Assembly: GCA_048938105.1 (NCBI GenBank)
Contig: JBHLMN010000004.1
Span: 1-64,000 of the forward strand
Origin: Promethearchaeota archaeon
GTDB lineage: Archaea; Asgardarchaeota; Heimdallarchaeia; Hodarchaeales; Hodarchaeaceae
Direction: 5' to 3'
DNA: 64,000 nucleotides
Both the position numbers and the translations under genes were made by a program. Within the stretch, counting starts at the first letter, position 1. The number at the start of each line of letters is the position of its first letter. This document shows positions 50,674 to 60,551 of the stretch, piece after piece. A model generated the notes under the pieces. The model was not told where the DNA came from. It saw only the letters and a program-made list of their open reading frames with translations, and ran no database searches.

Positions 50674-51546
50674 TCATGAAGATACATCGAGAATTTCACG
50701 TAGAGATTGAGCTAATAAATCACTTCTAATAAAGGAAAATTGTAAAGGAGCGTCTTTCTTTGATATTGAGGTTAAGAGTAAGTCGTTTCCGATATCAAAA
50801 AATAATAAAGTTTGATCACTTAGGTGTATTGTGCATGCAAGGTTCTCCGTTTTATATGCTTCTTTTAAACGTTCATTAGTTCCAAGCCATAAATTTGCAG
50901 GTAAAATAGCGATTTCTGTTTCACCTATTTCAATAACAGGAAGACCATCTGAAGATAGAATCGAAGCACCGTAAAAATCTTCATTTGTTTGAAGAAATTC
51001 GTTAATTTTATTTTGGGCTTGCGTAATCTCAAAGGAAGACTCATGAATTAGTTTCATAATTTGAGCCATCATTGCTATTGCTGAATCATCCTTTATTGAT
51101 GTACAATAGAAGTTTATTTGGTCATCAGCATCAGATTGAAAATCTTTCCTCAGTGATTCAAAGAATGTGTTTTGGTCTTCTAGAGTAAGCATATCAGTCT
51201 TATGAAAGCAAACAAATTTCGTAGTAAACGGTGCAAATTCTTTCAGAAAACCTAATACCTTGTTCCAATGAAAAACAGAAGTAGAAATTGTACGTGACTC
51301 AGCAACGTCGAGAATCCATAGAACAATTTGAACATTTGAGAAAATTTCTTTAATCTCTTCTTTTGAGAGCATATCTATTGAATTCTCTTCCTGAAAATGG
51401 ATTTGAAGGACTTTTTGAAGAGATTTAACCTTAAGAATCCTAGTTTTATGTGGATCGCCTTCTGCTTCAGTTATTGCTTCATAGGCTTCTTGGAGTATCG
51501 ATGATTTTCCAGCTTTAGGTAATCCCAAGAGTAAAATTTTAACCAT
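50674..51546 (-). CDS. Rag/Gtr1-like small GTPase fused to a C-terminal roadblock domain, G3 motif degenerate
   Basis: G1 GLPKAGKS, IFSNV..V.W..DV, G4 HKTD, G5 TSI; C-terminal ILSSDGLPV roadblock; no DxxG. Confidence 0.8.
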   Translation of the reverse strand: MVKILLLGLPKAGKSSILQEAYEAITEAEGDPHKTRILKVKSLQKVLQIHFQEENSIDMLSKEEIKEIFSNVQIVLWILDVAESRTISTSVFHWNKVLGFLKEFAPFTTKFVCFHKTDMLTLEDQNTFFESLRKDFQSDADDQINFYCTSIKDDSAIAMMAQIMKLIHESSFEITQAQNKINEFLQTNEDFYGASILSSDGLPVIEIGETEIAILPANLWLGTNERLKEAYKTENLACTIHLSDQTLLFFDIGNDLLLTSISKKDAPLQFSFIRSDLLAQSLREILDVSS

Positions 51547-51661
51547 AGTATCTCATCTTGAAAGGTTATACATACTACACTATAACTCATCCTACTAGTA
51601 GTATATAGTTATCTAAGGGCCTTATCGAACTGAACAATCTCTTATCAGAATTAATTTAAGA

Positions 51662-53338
51662 TTATTGAAGAATGTATTCGTTGAAGAATGAGACTATGTA
51701 TTCAGGGATTTCATGAATTAAGAATTTCCTAGCAAGTAATTCAGCAACAGATGACCCATATCGTCTTCTAAAAAATTCATCTAAAATGTTTTGAACTATA
51801 CTTTTATCAGAGACTTTTCTTTCTCTTTTTTTGTTGATGTAATTTTGGAGTTCACTAATAGAGGGAAGTCCATCTTGAATTTTACTGGAAGTACGAAGAA
51901 ATACAATTGGATTATTAACAAATAATGACTCAATACTATCTTCCTTCAATGAGAAAAATGTATTCTCTGGAAAAACTGAAGACCAATTCTTCTTAACTTT
52001 GTTGTAAGTTTCTGAATTAACAATATCTCCATCTGTGATTGCCAAAGCACGACTCCTAACAAATTTACTTCTTAATAATTCAATAGAAATTACAAATTTC
52101 ATGTTTGTCCATCCCCCCACTCCAATATAAGAAACTCTGTTCTTTGTTACTCTGGATTGATTACCTAGAAGGATGTCCTCAAAAGCTCGAAAAACTCTCG
52201 CATCTGTTCTTCCTTCTACAAATACAACAACATCAGCACCAAGAGAATCAGAGGGTCTAATACCCAACAATTTAGCTACCTTTTTCATTGATTTTTCACC
52301 GTGAATTGGCCGTATTTTGGTCCAACCTTTTAGTAATTCCACTAGATATGCGTGGCCAATGAGTAACCGAGTAGAATGTGTAGAGAAAATAAGTTGATGA
52401 TCTTTTGAAAAATTTTCCAATCTTCTAGCTAATTTACGCTGTCCTTTTGGGTGTAAGTATAGCCCAGGATTGTCAATGATAATAATTTGGTTCACAGGAC
52501 TTGCTGTTAAAAGATAAGCCAATGAAATGATCCTTATGGTTCCAGTAGACATCCTCCAAAGAGGACTAGTGAAAGCTTGTTCAATTGTGACTTCTACATC
52601 TTGTCCATGATCATGATATTCTCCTAACTCAAAAATAAATTCCTGTCCGATAATATCCTTTAAGAAGTTTTCAATTGCTGTTATTGCTTTATAATCCTTG
52701 TTTTTTATAATCCGTGAAATATTGTCATTTAGAAACTCATATTCAGAGGTCTCATGAAAACGCCGAATAAATGCCGAACCAAGAGCTTGTTGAATGACAA
52801 GAAGATCATTTGATTCAAAAGGTATAAATTCGCCGTTTTTAAGTCGTAAATAACAATTTAGCTCTGTAAACATTAATTGTTCCTGCGAGAGATTCATGTT
52901 GAATTTGAAAGCAGAAATACTAGAAAGGTTTGTAATCGTCTCCAACTCCTTAAAAAAACGATTGAAATAATCATGTGATCGCTTTTGAGTATGAAGAAAA
53001 GCCGTATTAACAAAAATTTCACGTAGATAATCATTCTCTAACCAAGAATCAATGCCTTTGTCAAGCTCTAATTCAAAAACTCCACTAATAGTATTCGTGT
53101 TACTAATATAAGAAAGGATAGGAGGAGCTTGGAGTACTTGTTGACCTAGGCTTATTTTTATTAGTTGATTTTGTTGAACTGATGCACGAATATAAGGGTC
53201 CCAAAAGAGAGTTATCCCATCTAAAATATTCGTTTTCCCCGAATTATGGGGGCCAATAAAACAATTCAACCTCTGAAGGTCTAAAGTTAGCCGTGGTACA
53301 CTTCGGAAATTTATTATGCTTAACTTTCGAATATGCAT
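51662..53338 (-). CDS. OLD-family ABC ATPase-TOPRIM nuclease
   Basis: INFRS, Walker A GPHNSGKT, MSTG signature, IIIDNPG.YLHP, STHS, TOPRIM VFVEG.TD and DGD, SIESL. Confidence 0.85.
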   Translation of the reverse strand: MHIRKLSIINFRSVPRLTLDLQRLNCFIGPHNSGKTNILDGITLFWDPYIRASVQQNQLIKISLGQQVLQAPPILSYISNTNTISGVFELELDKGIDSWLENDYLREIFVNTAFLHTQKRSHDYFNRFFKELETITNLSSISAFKFNMNLSQEQLMFTELNCYLRLKNGEFIPFESNDLLVIQQALGSAFIRRFHETSEYEFLNDNISRIIKNKDYKAITAIENFLKDIIGQEFIFELGEYHDHGQDVEVTIEQAFTSPLWRMSTGTIRIISLAYLLTASPVNQIIIIDNPGLYLHPKGQRKLARRLENFSKDHQLIFSTHSTRLLIGHAYLVELLKGWTKIRPIHGEKSMKKVAKLLGIRPSDSLGADVVVFVEGRTDARVFRAFEDILLGNQSRVTKNRVSYIGVGGWTNMKFVISIELLRSKFVRSRALAITDGDIVNSETYNKVKKNWSSVFPENTFFSLKEDSIESLFVNNPIVFLRTSSKIQDGLPSISELQNYINKKRERKVSDKSIVQNILDEFFRRRYGSSVAELLARKFLIHEIPEYIVSFFNEYILQ

Positions 53339-53526
53339 CAGAATTCCAAATCAATTTTTCATTTATTTATTCTTACGGAGCCCAATGAAATTTAAAGATG
53401 ATCATTTTTTCAGTATATTTAATCCTTAGATTTAGAATAAATAAGTAATAGGGATTTAAAAAGCAATAACAAATTCGTATTGATATAAAGGATAAAAATT
53501 TAAGTAACAGATGTTTTAGAATAAGG

Positions 53527-54774
53527 ATGAGGGATTATAAATTCTTGAATTTTCGGAGATTATTTGTTTATTGGGTAATCTTTTGTATTATTATCACATT
53601 TAGCTATATATTTCTACAGATGCTTCATTTCATAAATTTCTGGGATAACATTGGAATCTCACCAGCTCCAGACCAAATTGAGCCATTTTCTTCATTAGGA
53701 CTCTTGTTTTTCGAAATTATATTTGTGATTGGATGGAGTGTAACAACTGGTGTGTTTATTTGGAAAATGACATCACGTTTTTTCTCTTCAACACAACCAC
53801 AAATTAGATTTTTCCAAGAAGTAGCTCACTCATGGATTACTCTTTCTGGATTTGAAGGCTCATTAATCATTTTTGATGAGATTTTTTCTGTTTTCGTGAA
53901 AGGCTACCTTTATCCTGTTCGTATTAATATCCCAACTCCCATTAATTTTCCAATCTTTCCTTCCTCACTCCAGCCTATCTTTAATGTCAGTTGGATTAAC
54001 ATAATCCTAGTAAGCCTTTTCTATACATTTATTGGTTTTCAAGCTCTAAGGAAAAACCTCGCTCTTGAAAATTTTCTCAGAAGAGTTGTTTTTGATATTA
54101 TTCAAGTAACAGCAATGGTAATTATGGGATTATTAGGATTATTACCTTTCATTTCCACTGAAGATATAATCTTTCTCCTTATACCGTCCTTTGGAAATTA
54201 TTATGCTGTTCTTATTTTCTGTCTTATATCGATAGAATATGTGTGGTGGACGGGAGGGAATATCGAAAAAATAAAAGAACAGTTCCAACAGGACTTTAAC
54301 ATACGGATATTTTTGTTACAAACTTCATTGCTTTTTATTCCATTCGTTACAATTATAACTTTTTTTCCTTCCCCTTTTTACCTTTTAGTGATGGATCCTA
54401 GTTTATGGGTTGCCTTACTATTAATTAGTGCAATAATATCAGTTATTGGTTTGATTCTGTATCGATTGGTTAAAATAATGGCTCCTGATCTATTCGAAAA
54501 TTTCGAACAAAGATATGAATACTTAAAATATCATTTTGATTTAGCATTCGCTCTTAGAGGTACAATGTTTAATTATCCACCACCAGTTGATATCTTATCG
54601 GGAAAAACATTAACAAAAACGATAGAGAGTAAATGGCAAAAAGTCACATTGAAGATAGCGTGCGGTCACTGTTATCATGTATTTACAACACAAACATTAA
54701 AGAATGGTTCCAAAGTTAAACCTGTTCCGTGCCCCTTCTGCGGCTCAATGGCTACAACTCCAATTTGGGAATGA
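53527..54774 (+). CDS. Multi-pass membrane protein with C-terminal zinc ribbon
   Basis: About 8 hydrophobic segments; C-terminal CGHC...CPFC. Confidence 0.75.
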   Translation: MRDYKFLNFRRLFVYWVIFCIIITFSYIFLQMLHFINFWDNIGISPAPDQIEPFSSLGLLFFEIIFVIGWSVTTGVFIWKMTSRFFSSTQPQIRFFQEVAHSWITLSGFEGSLIIFDEIFSVFVKGYLYPVRINIPTPINFPIFPSSLQPIFNVSWINIILVSLFYTFIGFQALRKNLALENFLRRVVFDIIQVTAMVIMGLLGLLPFISTEDIIFLLIPSFGNYYAVLIFCLISIEYVWWTGGNIEKIKEQFQQDFNIRIFLLQTSLLFIPFVTIITFFPSPFYLLVMDPSLWVALLLISAIISVIGLILYRLVKIMAPDLFENFEQRYEYLKYHFDLAFALRGTMFNYPPPVDILSGKTLTKTIESKWQKVTLKIACGHCYHVFTTQTLKNGSKVKPVPCPFCGSMATTPIWE

Positions 54775-54925
54775 AAAATCCAGATTTTAAGAATACTGAG
54801 TCTTTTCATTAAATATTAAAGAAATTCCATTCTTTAGGACAAATTGAGTTATAAGCCCTAAAACAGGATTAATTTTTATTTATTTTAATAAAATCCCCTT
54901 TATAATCCTTGGAGATAGACTTAAT

Positions 54926-55711
54926 TTGCCTTATTTTACTCGTGATGGATATACATTATATTATCATCATGAAGGGACTGGTCAACCGATTGTGTTTATT
55001 CATGGATATTTGGGGAGCTCTAAATCCCATTGGGGGGATCAGCTAAGTGATCCTAAGCTTATTTCTCAGTATCAGCTAATTGCACCAGATTTACGTGGTT
55101 ATGCGAAATCTAGTCTCGGGAGAAAAGTAGAACAACATCACACTTTGGAACATATTCTCGATTTGCATTTCCTTCTATCTCAACTTCAGCTTAACCAGAG
55201 ACCTATTTTTGTGGGTTACAGTATTGGGGGAACCTTAGCATTGATGTATGCATTAAAATATCCAAATATGGTCCAAAGTATTGTTCTTGTGAGTTCTCGA
55301 CCATTTTTAGGGGATAAAACTCGTTCATGGAATTTTTTAGCGAAAGAAAAACGGAGTGGTAAGCAAAAAAGCTCAATCATTTCGTTTTTATGGAAAATAG
55401 TAAAAAAAATCCAAAGAATTACAACTTATATCTCAATAAAGCGGCAATATAAACGATCGAGTTCGTATCTTCTTCAGCTTGAGCATATAGATGTCCCCCT
55501 CCTAATACTCTATGGGAAAAAGGATACAGTTAACCCTTCTATTGCATATAGTGTTCTAAGAAAGCATCTTCCTCAAGCTGAAGTTGTAGAACTAGACTGT
55601 GATCATGGGATCCCCCATGAACTATCAGAAGTATTCAATAGAATTCTCTATCAATTCCTGAGACAACAAACAAAACAGTCGTCTCAAAAGCAGACTGACA
55701 GGCAGTATTAG
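54926..55711 (+). CDS. Alpha/beta hydrolase
   Basis: FIHG, DLRGY, nucleophile elbow GYSIGG, G..D and late His. Confidence 0.9.
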   Translation: MPYFTRDGYTLYYHHEGTGQPIVFIHGYLGSSKSHWGDQLSDPKLISQYQLIAPDLRGYAKSSLGRKVEQHHTLEHILDLHFLLSQLQLNQRPIFVGYSIGGTLALMYALKYPNMVQSIVLVSSRPFLGDKTRSWNFLAKEKRSGKQKSSIISFLWKIVKKIQRITTYISIKRQYKRSSSYLLQLEHIDVPLLILYGKKDTVNPSIAYSVLRKHLPQAEVVELDCDHGIPHELSEVFNRILYQFLRQQTKQSSQKQTDRQY

Positions 55712-55968
55712 GCTATCATAATTGTTTTCATTAAATTATCCAATATATCCTTATCAACTATTCCATTCTGATCTCTTTTTGCAATATAACCTGCTTTCCT
55801 GTGTGTAATTTTCGGAATATCTAGGTTATCCTTGTAGGATAAAATTCAACACTTATTGACATTATTCTTTATGAATGTTCTCTGAACAATTAGAAATTCA
55901 GTTTGAATTGGTCAAGTTAGATTTAATAAAATATTCCATTATATTTTGTAAGTGGAGTTTAATTTTAT

Positions 55969-57921
55969 ATGATTAAGTTACCTGACATAGAAATTGTTCA
56001 TGAAGCTCTCCTACAGGCTATTGAAGAAGATCCTGATCTTCAGATAAAAGCTCTGATCGCTTCCCACATTTCACAGCGAAATTCATACTCTTTGATACAA
56101 AAATTACTCGCATTGTCGAAATCATCTCATCCAGAGGTTCGTGAAATAATTGCAATCAGTCTTGAGGGGCATTTTGAAGTACTTGATGATTTATTGGATT
56201 GGTTTGAAGCTGAAGAAGATTTGTCAACGCTCAATGAGCTTTTCTTTACTATTTCTTCAACTCTCAAAGAAACTTCAGAAGATCCAGATCTTACTGGAAC
56301 AGCTATTCGTCTCAAAGAATTTATTGAACAAGGACACCATTTAAATTATAGTTTAGAACTGATTGGATATTGTAATGGACTCATTGCAGCGGAAACTCTA
56401 TTAAATGCTTCATACATTCATAGGTACAACGACACTGTTAGAGTCTCTGTTCTCAGAGGTATGTTACACCTTGCACAAAAAACTCAAAATTTCCCTGATG
56501 ATTTACAAAATTACCTAATTGGTCTTGTTGGGACTATATATGAACCTCCAGAGCTGCGAATAATTAGCTTAGAAGCATTAGGTGAGGTTAATAAGCAAGA
56601 AATAATTGATCAATTAGAAATAATCATTGAAACTGACCACAATCCAACTTTACGAAAAAAGGCTATTGATCTAATTGGTAAATGGGGAGTCATTGAATTA
56701 TCTCCATTATTAATTGAAAAATTAAAGTATGATGGAATTTCTGATGTTCGGGCGTCCGCAGCTTCTGCTCTAGGAGCGATTTCATCCTTTGATGCTCTTC
56801 CTGAACTTACTGAGGCACTAGAAATTGATGTAAGCTTTTCTGTTCGTGAAGCTTCAGCTGAAGCATTAGGTAATCTGAAGTCTCAACAAGCTTTGGCTGC
56901 CCTTCTCAAAGGATTAGAGGATCAAGATTCGTATGTCCGATCTATATCTGCTTGGTCAATTGAACAGATCCAACCAACGTCTCCAGAGTTAATTCAAAGA
57001 ATTTGCTTTGCAGCTGGATCAATTGAACAGGTGTCAAGTATCCGAAGTGGGATGGTAGCATTATTAGCTCGTATGAGTTCTATACTGGAAGCAGCCAATT
57101 GTTTATTAACAATATTCAGAAGGGATAGAACGCCTCTGCGTGAGTTAGTGATTGAGGCACTAGAAGAGTTTGTAGAAATCCTAAGAGACGATCGAAAATT
57201 TCTAGAGGATGATCTTCCCTTTATTCAGGAGACTTTAGCAACATCAAAATCGTTTTCGCTAAGAGCAGCAATATGTTCTTTCCTTGGGCATTTAAAAGAT
57301 GATACAACTTTTCCCTTTCTGCTGGATAGGTTGTTAAATGACGATGATGCCTTTGTACAGCGACAGGCGGCTTGGGCTATTTCAAATCTAAATCCAGATC
57401 ATACTCTCAAGATTCGATCGTTATTGAAAGATAAAACTCTCAATAAAATAGTTCCTCTCTTTTTAGAAATATTAACTTCTTGGGCTCAAATAGAGGATGT
57501 ACCTCTAGCAATAAGCTATCTAAAACCTGAGATGGACATTGAATGGCGTTGTAGAGCTGTTGAGCTCCTCACAGCAATCATAGACTCTCCAGATCTAGTT
57601 ACAAATAAGCAATATACTCACGAAATAATCAATATCCTAATTTCCTTACTACAAAAGGATCATGCAAACACTGTGAGAAGTGCATGTGCACATGCTTTGG
57701 GTCATTTTGAGGGTCATGATTCTTTAATTACTCCAGCGTTAATACAGGCAATCAAAACAGATCGTGTTTATACTGTGCGTGAATTAGCTGCCGAAGCCCT
57801 CGGCTATCGTGGAGGAATATCAGCTGTACCTGAGCTGATAGATCTGATTAACCACAAATTGGAAAAGGATCCTAGTATTCGCTATTTTAGCAGTCTTGCA
57901 TTACTAAATATAGAGTTTTAA
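55969..57921 (+). CDS. HEAT/PBS-lyase repeat protein
   Basis: Repeated D...VR..AA.ALG modules throughout. Confidence 0.9.
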   Translation: MIKLPDIEIVHEALLQAIEEDPDLQIKALIASHISQRNSYSLIQKLLALSKSSHPEVREIIAISLEGHFEVLDDLLDWFEAEEDLSTLNELFFTISSTLKETSEDPDLTGTAIRLKEFIEQGHHLNYSLELIGYCNGLIAAETLLNASYIHRYNDTVRVSVLRGMLHLAQKTQNFPDDLQNYLIGLVGTIYEPPELRIISLEALGEVNKQEIIDQLEIIIETDHNPTLRKKAIDLIGKWGVIELSPLLIEKLKYDGISDVRASAASALGAISSFDALPELTEALEIDVSFSVREASAEALGNLKSQQALAALLKGLEDQDSYVRSISAWSIEQIQPTSPELIQRICFAAGSIEQVSSIRSGMVALLARMSSILEAANCLLTIFRRDRTPLRELVIEALEEFVEILRDDRKFLEDDLPFIQETLATSKSFSLRAAICSFLGHLKDDTTFPFLLDRLLNDDDAFVQRQAAWAISNLNPDHTLKIRSLLKDKTLNKIVPLFLEILTSWAQIEDVPLAISYLKPEMDIEWRCRAVELLTAIIDSPDLVTNKQYTHEIINILISLLQKDHANTVRSACAHALGHFEGHDSLITPALIQAIKTDRVYTVRELAAEALGYRGGISAVPELIDLINHKLEKDPSIRYFSSLALLNIEF

Positions 57922-57940
57922 GCTTCTCAATGAATTGCAG

Positions 57941-58846
57941 TTAGGTAAGGACTTTTACCCCATTAGATGTTACTAAAACCGTATGTTCTGCCTGAGCTAC
58001 CAATCCCCGAGTTTTTTCTATTAGAGGGCGATAACCATGGAAATTGTCTCTGTCGAGAACTTCAGCAATATTATGTATCGGTTGATTTTTCTCCTTTAAG
58101 AAAAGTGTAGCTGAACGAAGAGAAAAAGGGATTTTGTGAAATCTCTTTACTAAAATCTTACCAATTTCTGTTTTGGGATTACCTGTTGATGAATAAATCA
58201 AGGGTGGAGATGATCCTTCCTCCACATAACCTGCTGCCCCCTGTGTACTAAAAGGTTCAATAGCTAAAATCATACCCTTTTTTAGTTTAGATCTTTGAGC
58301 AAATGGAATTGACTTTATACTAGGTATCGACAATCCAGCATGAAGATTCCCTTTCTTCAATTCATGACCAGTTAAATTAGCTATGGGTTTAAATCCATAA
58401 CCCTCGATTGTTTCTTGGATAATAGCACCTATTTCACTCACACGAAGACCAGGTTTTATGATATTAATAGCACTATCCAGTGCATCCTTTGCTGATCTTA
58501 TTAATTTGAAATGCTTCCCATCAATGGAAAAGGTTTTAGCTGTATCTGAAAGCATCCCGTTAACATTAGCTCCAAGGTCTACTTTAACGAGGGCTTTCTT
58601 GAGAATGAATCGTTTTTCTGTTGGATCTGGAGCGGCAGTATCATGAGCAGCACACTCGTTGATAGAAATATTCGGGGGAAAAGCTAAGTCTACACCTTTA
58701 GTTTTAGTAATTAATTTAACAATAGAGTCGTAAAGAGTCCCGATAGAGACACCTGGTTTCACATGTTTTCCTATTTGATCTAGTGTTAAACGAGCTATTT
58801 TCCCAGCGAGGAATAAATCATGAAGTTCCTCACGAGTCCAAGACAT
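57941..58846 (-). CDS. map: Methionine aminopeptidase type II
   Basis: AFP.NISIN..AAH, KVDLG, DTA, NLTGH, AIEPF, AQAEHT; start MSWTREE at 58846. Confidence 0.92.
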   Translation of the reverse strand: MSWTREELHDLFLAGKIARLTLDQIGKHVKPGVSIGTLYDSIVKLITKTKGVDLAFPPNISINECAAHDTAAPDPTEKRFILKKALVKVDLGANVNGMLSDTAKTFSIDGKHFKLIRSAKDALDSAINIIKPGLRVSEIGAIIQETIEGYGFKPIANLTGHELKKGNLHAGLSIPSIKSIPFAQRSKLKKGMILAIEPFSTQGAAGYVEEGSSPPLIYSSTGNPKTEIGKILVKRFHKIPFSLRSATLFLKEKNQPIHNIAEVLDRDNFHGYRPLIEKTRGLVAQAEHTVLVTSNGVKVLT

Positions 58847-58892
58847 GCTTAACCACCACTCAATTGTATAATGGGTTAATATGAATGACTGT

Positions 58893-60233
58893 TTAAATTG
58901 ACCCTGATATAGTTGGGACTTTCTCGATATCCCTTTTAAAGCCTCGCAACCATCCAACCAAGAGTAAAACCAGAATTAATATGTTTAACACCAATGTAAT
59001 TAGTAATAATGGTCTTCCCCCTTCAACCTGATAAACAAAACCAACAATGGGACTAATAAAAACACCAAGCCCAGATATAGACATTGAAAGAATAGCCATA
59101 ACTTTTCCAGTGTGTTCTCGTGGAAGTTTACGACCAACAGCTCCCCATGCAATTGTTCGCCATACCTCATCATTTCCTGCTTTAATAATAACCGCAATGA
59201 AAGCTGTACTTGAAAGAATGGCACCAATTTCTTCACCTGATAATAGATTTGTCCATTCTGGTACTGATGGTGAAAGAAATAGGAGAATAATTGAGAAAGG
59301 AAGAAACATGTATACTAGAAACATAACTCTTGCATCATTCTTAGTCCTATCAAGGAGGAATCCAGCAAAAAGCCCTCCTATTACTCCTAGAATAATTGCT
59401 CCAATCATTGTATAGTTTATGGTGCTGTAATCCATACCCACTTCCTCATTAAGAAAAAATGTCTGAACAAAACGATAATTTATATCACTCGCGATGTCTA
59501 GTAAAAATACAATGAAGAATAGTGGAATTGTAGATATAAGTACCATAACTCCTGTTCGATATTGATTAAAAAGGTCTTTAATCCCTCTAGTATGATCTTT
59601 AACTGGTTGTGCTGGTTGTGTTTTCCTTAAAAAGATCAATCGAAGAAAAAAATTTCCTATCGCGACTATAGTAAAAAGGTGCCAAAAAACCTTTAGGCCG
59701 GATACGAAATTATCTTGAATTAAGATCGCAACAATAAGCAGTCCAACAATTCCAAAAATGCCTGTCAGTGTAAATAGACTGGTTCCTGTACCCATTTGTT
59801 CTGGAGGAATGGACTCAAACAAGATAGGATCAATGCTAGCTTGACAGAATTGACTAAATCCAAAAACAGTCCAGACTAAGAGAAGTCCAATAAAATTTGT
59901 AACAAATGGAATAAGAAAGGTAGCAATAGCTAGAAAGAACATGTTAAATGTTGCCATATATTTTCGATGAGGAATATATTTATCGGCCCAATATCCCCCA
60001 AACAGAGTTGCAAAAAGACCAAGAATCATTGCCCAAGAATCCGCAAGACCAAGTTCAAAGTAAGAAATTCCTACATCCCTGAAAAAGAGGTTTAAGTAGA
60101 TCCACGCTGCTAGGAAAATAGCGCCAGAATAGTTTGTAAAGAGGATGACAAGATAATTCCTTGAACTAAAGACAATCTTAAGATTCTCCAGATAACTACT
60201 ATGAGAATCAGGTTTGGATTCCTGCATTGACAT
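58893..60233 (-). CDS. MFS transporter
   Basis: About 12 TMs; GGYWADK and GFLLDR loop motifs. Confidence 0.85.
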   Translation of the reverse strand: MSMQESKPDSHSSYLENLKIVFSSRNYLVILFTNYSGAIFLAAWIYLNLFFRDVGISYFELGLADSWAMILGLFATLFGGYWADKYIPHRKYMATFNMFFLAIATFLIPFVTNFIGLLLVWTVFGFSQFCQASIDPILFESIPPEQMGTGTSLFTLTGIFGIVGLLIVAILIQDNFVSGLKVFWHLFTIVAIGNFFLRLIFLRKTQPAQPVKDHTRGIKDLFNQYRTGVMVLISTIPLFFIVFLLDIASDINYRFVQTFFLNEEVGMDYSTINYTMIGAIILGVIGGLFAGFLLDRTKNDARVMFLVYMFLPFSIILLFLSPSVPEWTNLLSGEEIGAILSSTAFIAVIIKAGNDEVWRTIAWGAVGRKLPREHTGKVMAILSMSISGLGVFISPIVGFVYQVEGGRPLLLITLVLNILILVLLLVGWLRGFKRDIEKVPTISGSI

Positions 60234-60551
60234 AATACCTTCAATTCAGTTATTGAAGTTCCAATTGGTTGCTAACTAAAACTGTTGATAATCTATAAAA
60301 AATATTTTCCTTTAGGCAATATCACCTATTAATTTTAACATTATCATTTGGTATTAGCCTTATCAAATTGGGAAAGCTAATCCTGCGCTGCTCATTTTTT
60401 GTAATTTGAGTTCCCCGAGTATATTATTGGAAATTTATTCTCTTAAAATCACTTAAACGTTAGATTATGACTTGAAATTTTCTATCCAATAAAAGATTCA
60501 TTATATGCACACCTTGAAAAAGAATGATCTCAGTTGGTTTACTGAGCTCCA

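Noticed and set aside
51662-53338. Gabija or retron defence system
   Set aside because: No UvrD-like helicase or reverse transcriptase nearby.
55709-55861. Minus-strand fragment ...KAGYIAK...ILDNLMKTIMIA* resembling a receiver-domain C-terminus
   Set aside because: Too short, no in-frame start, similarity too weak to support.
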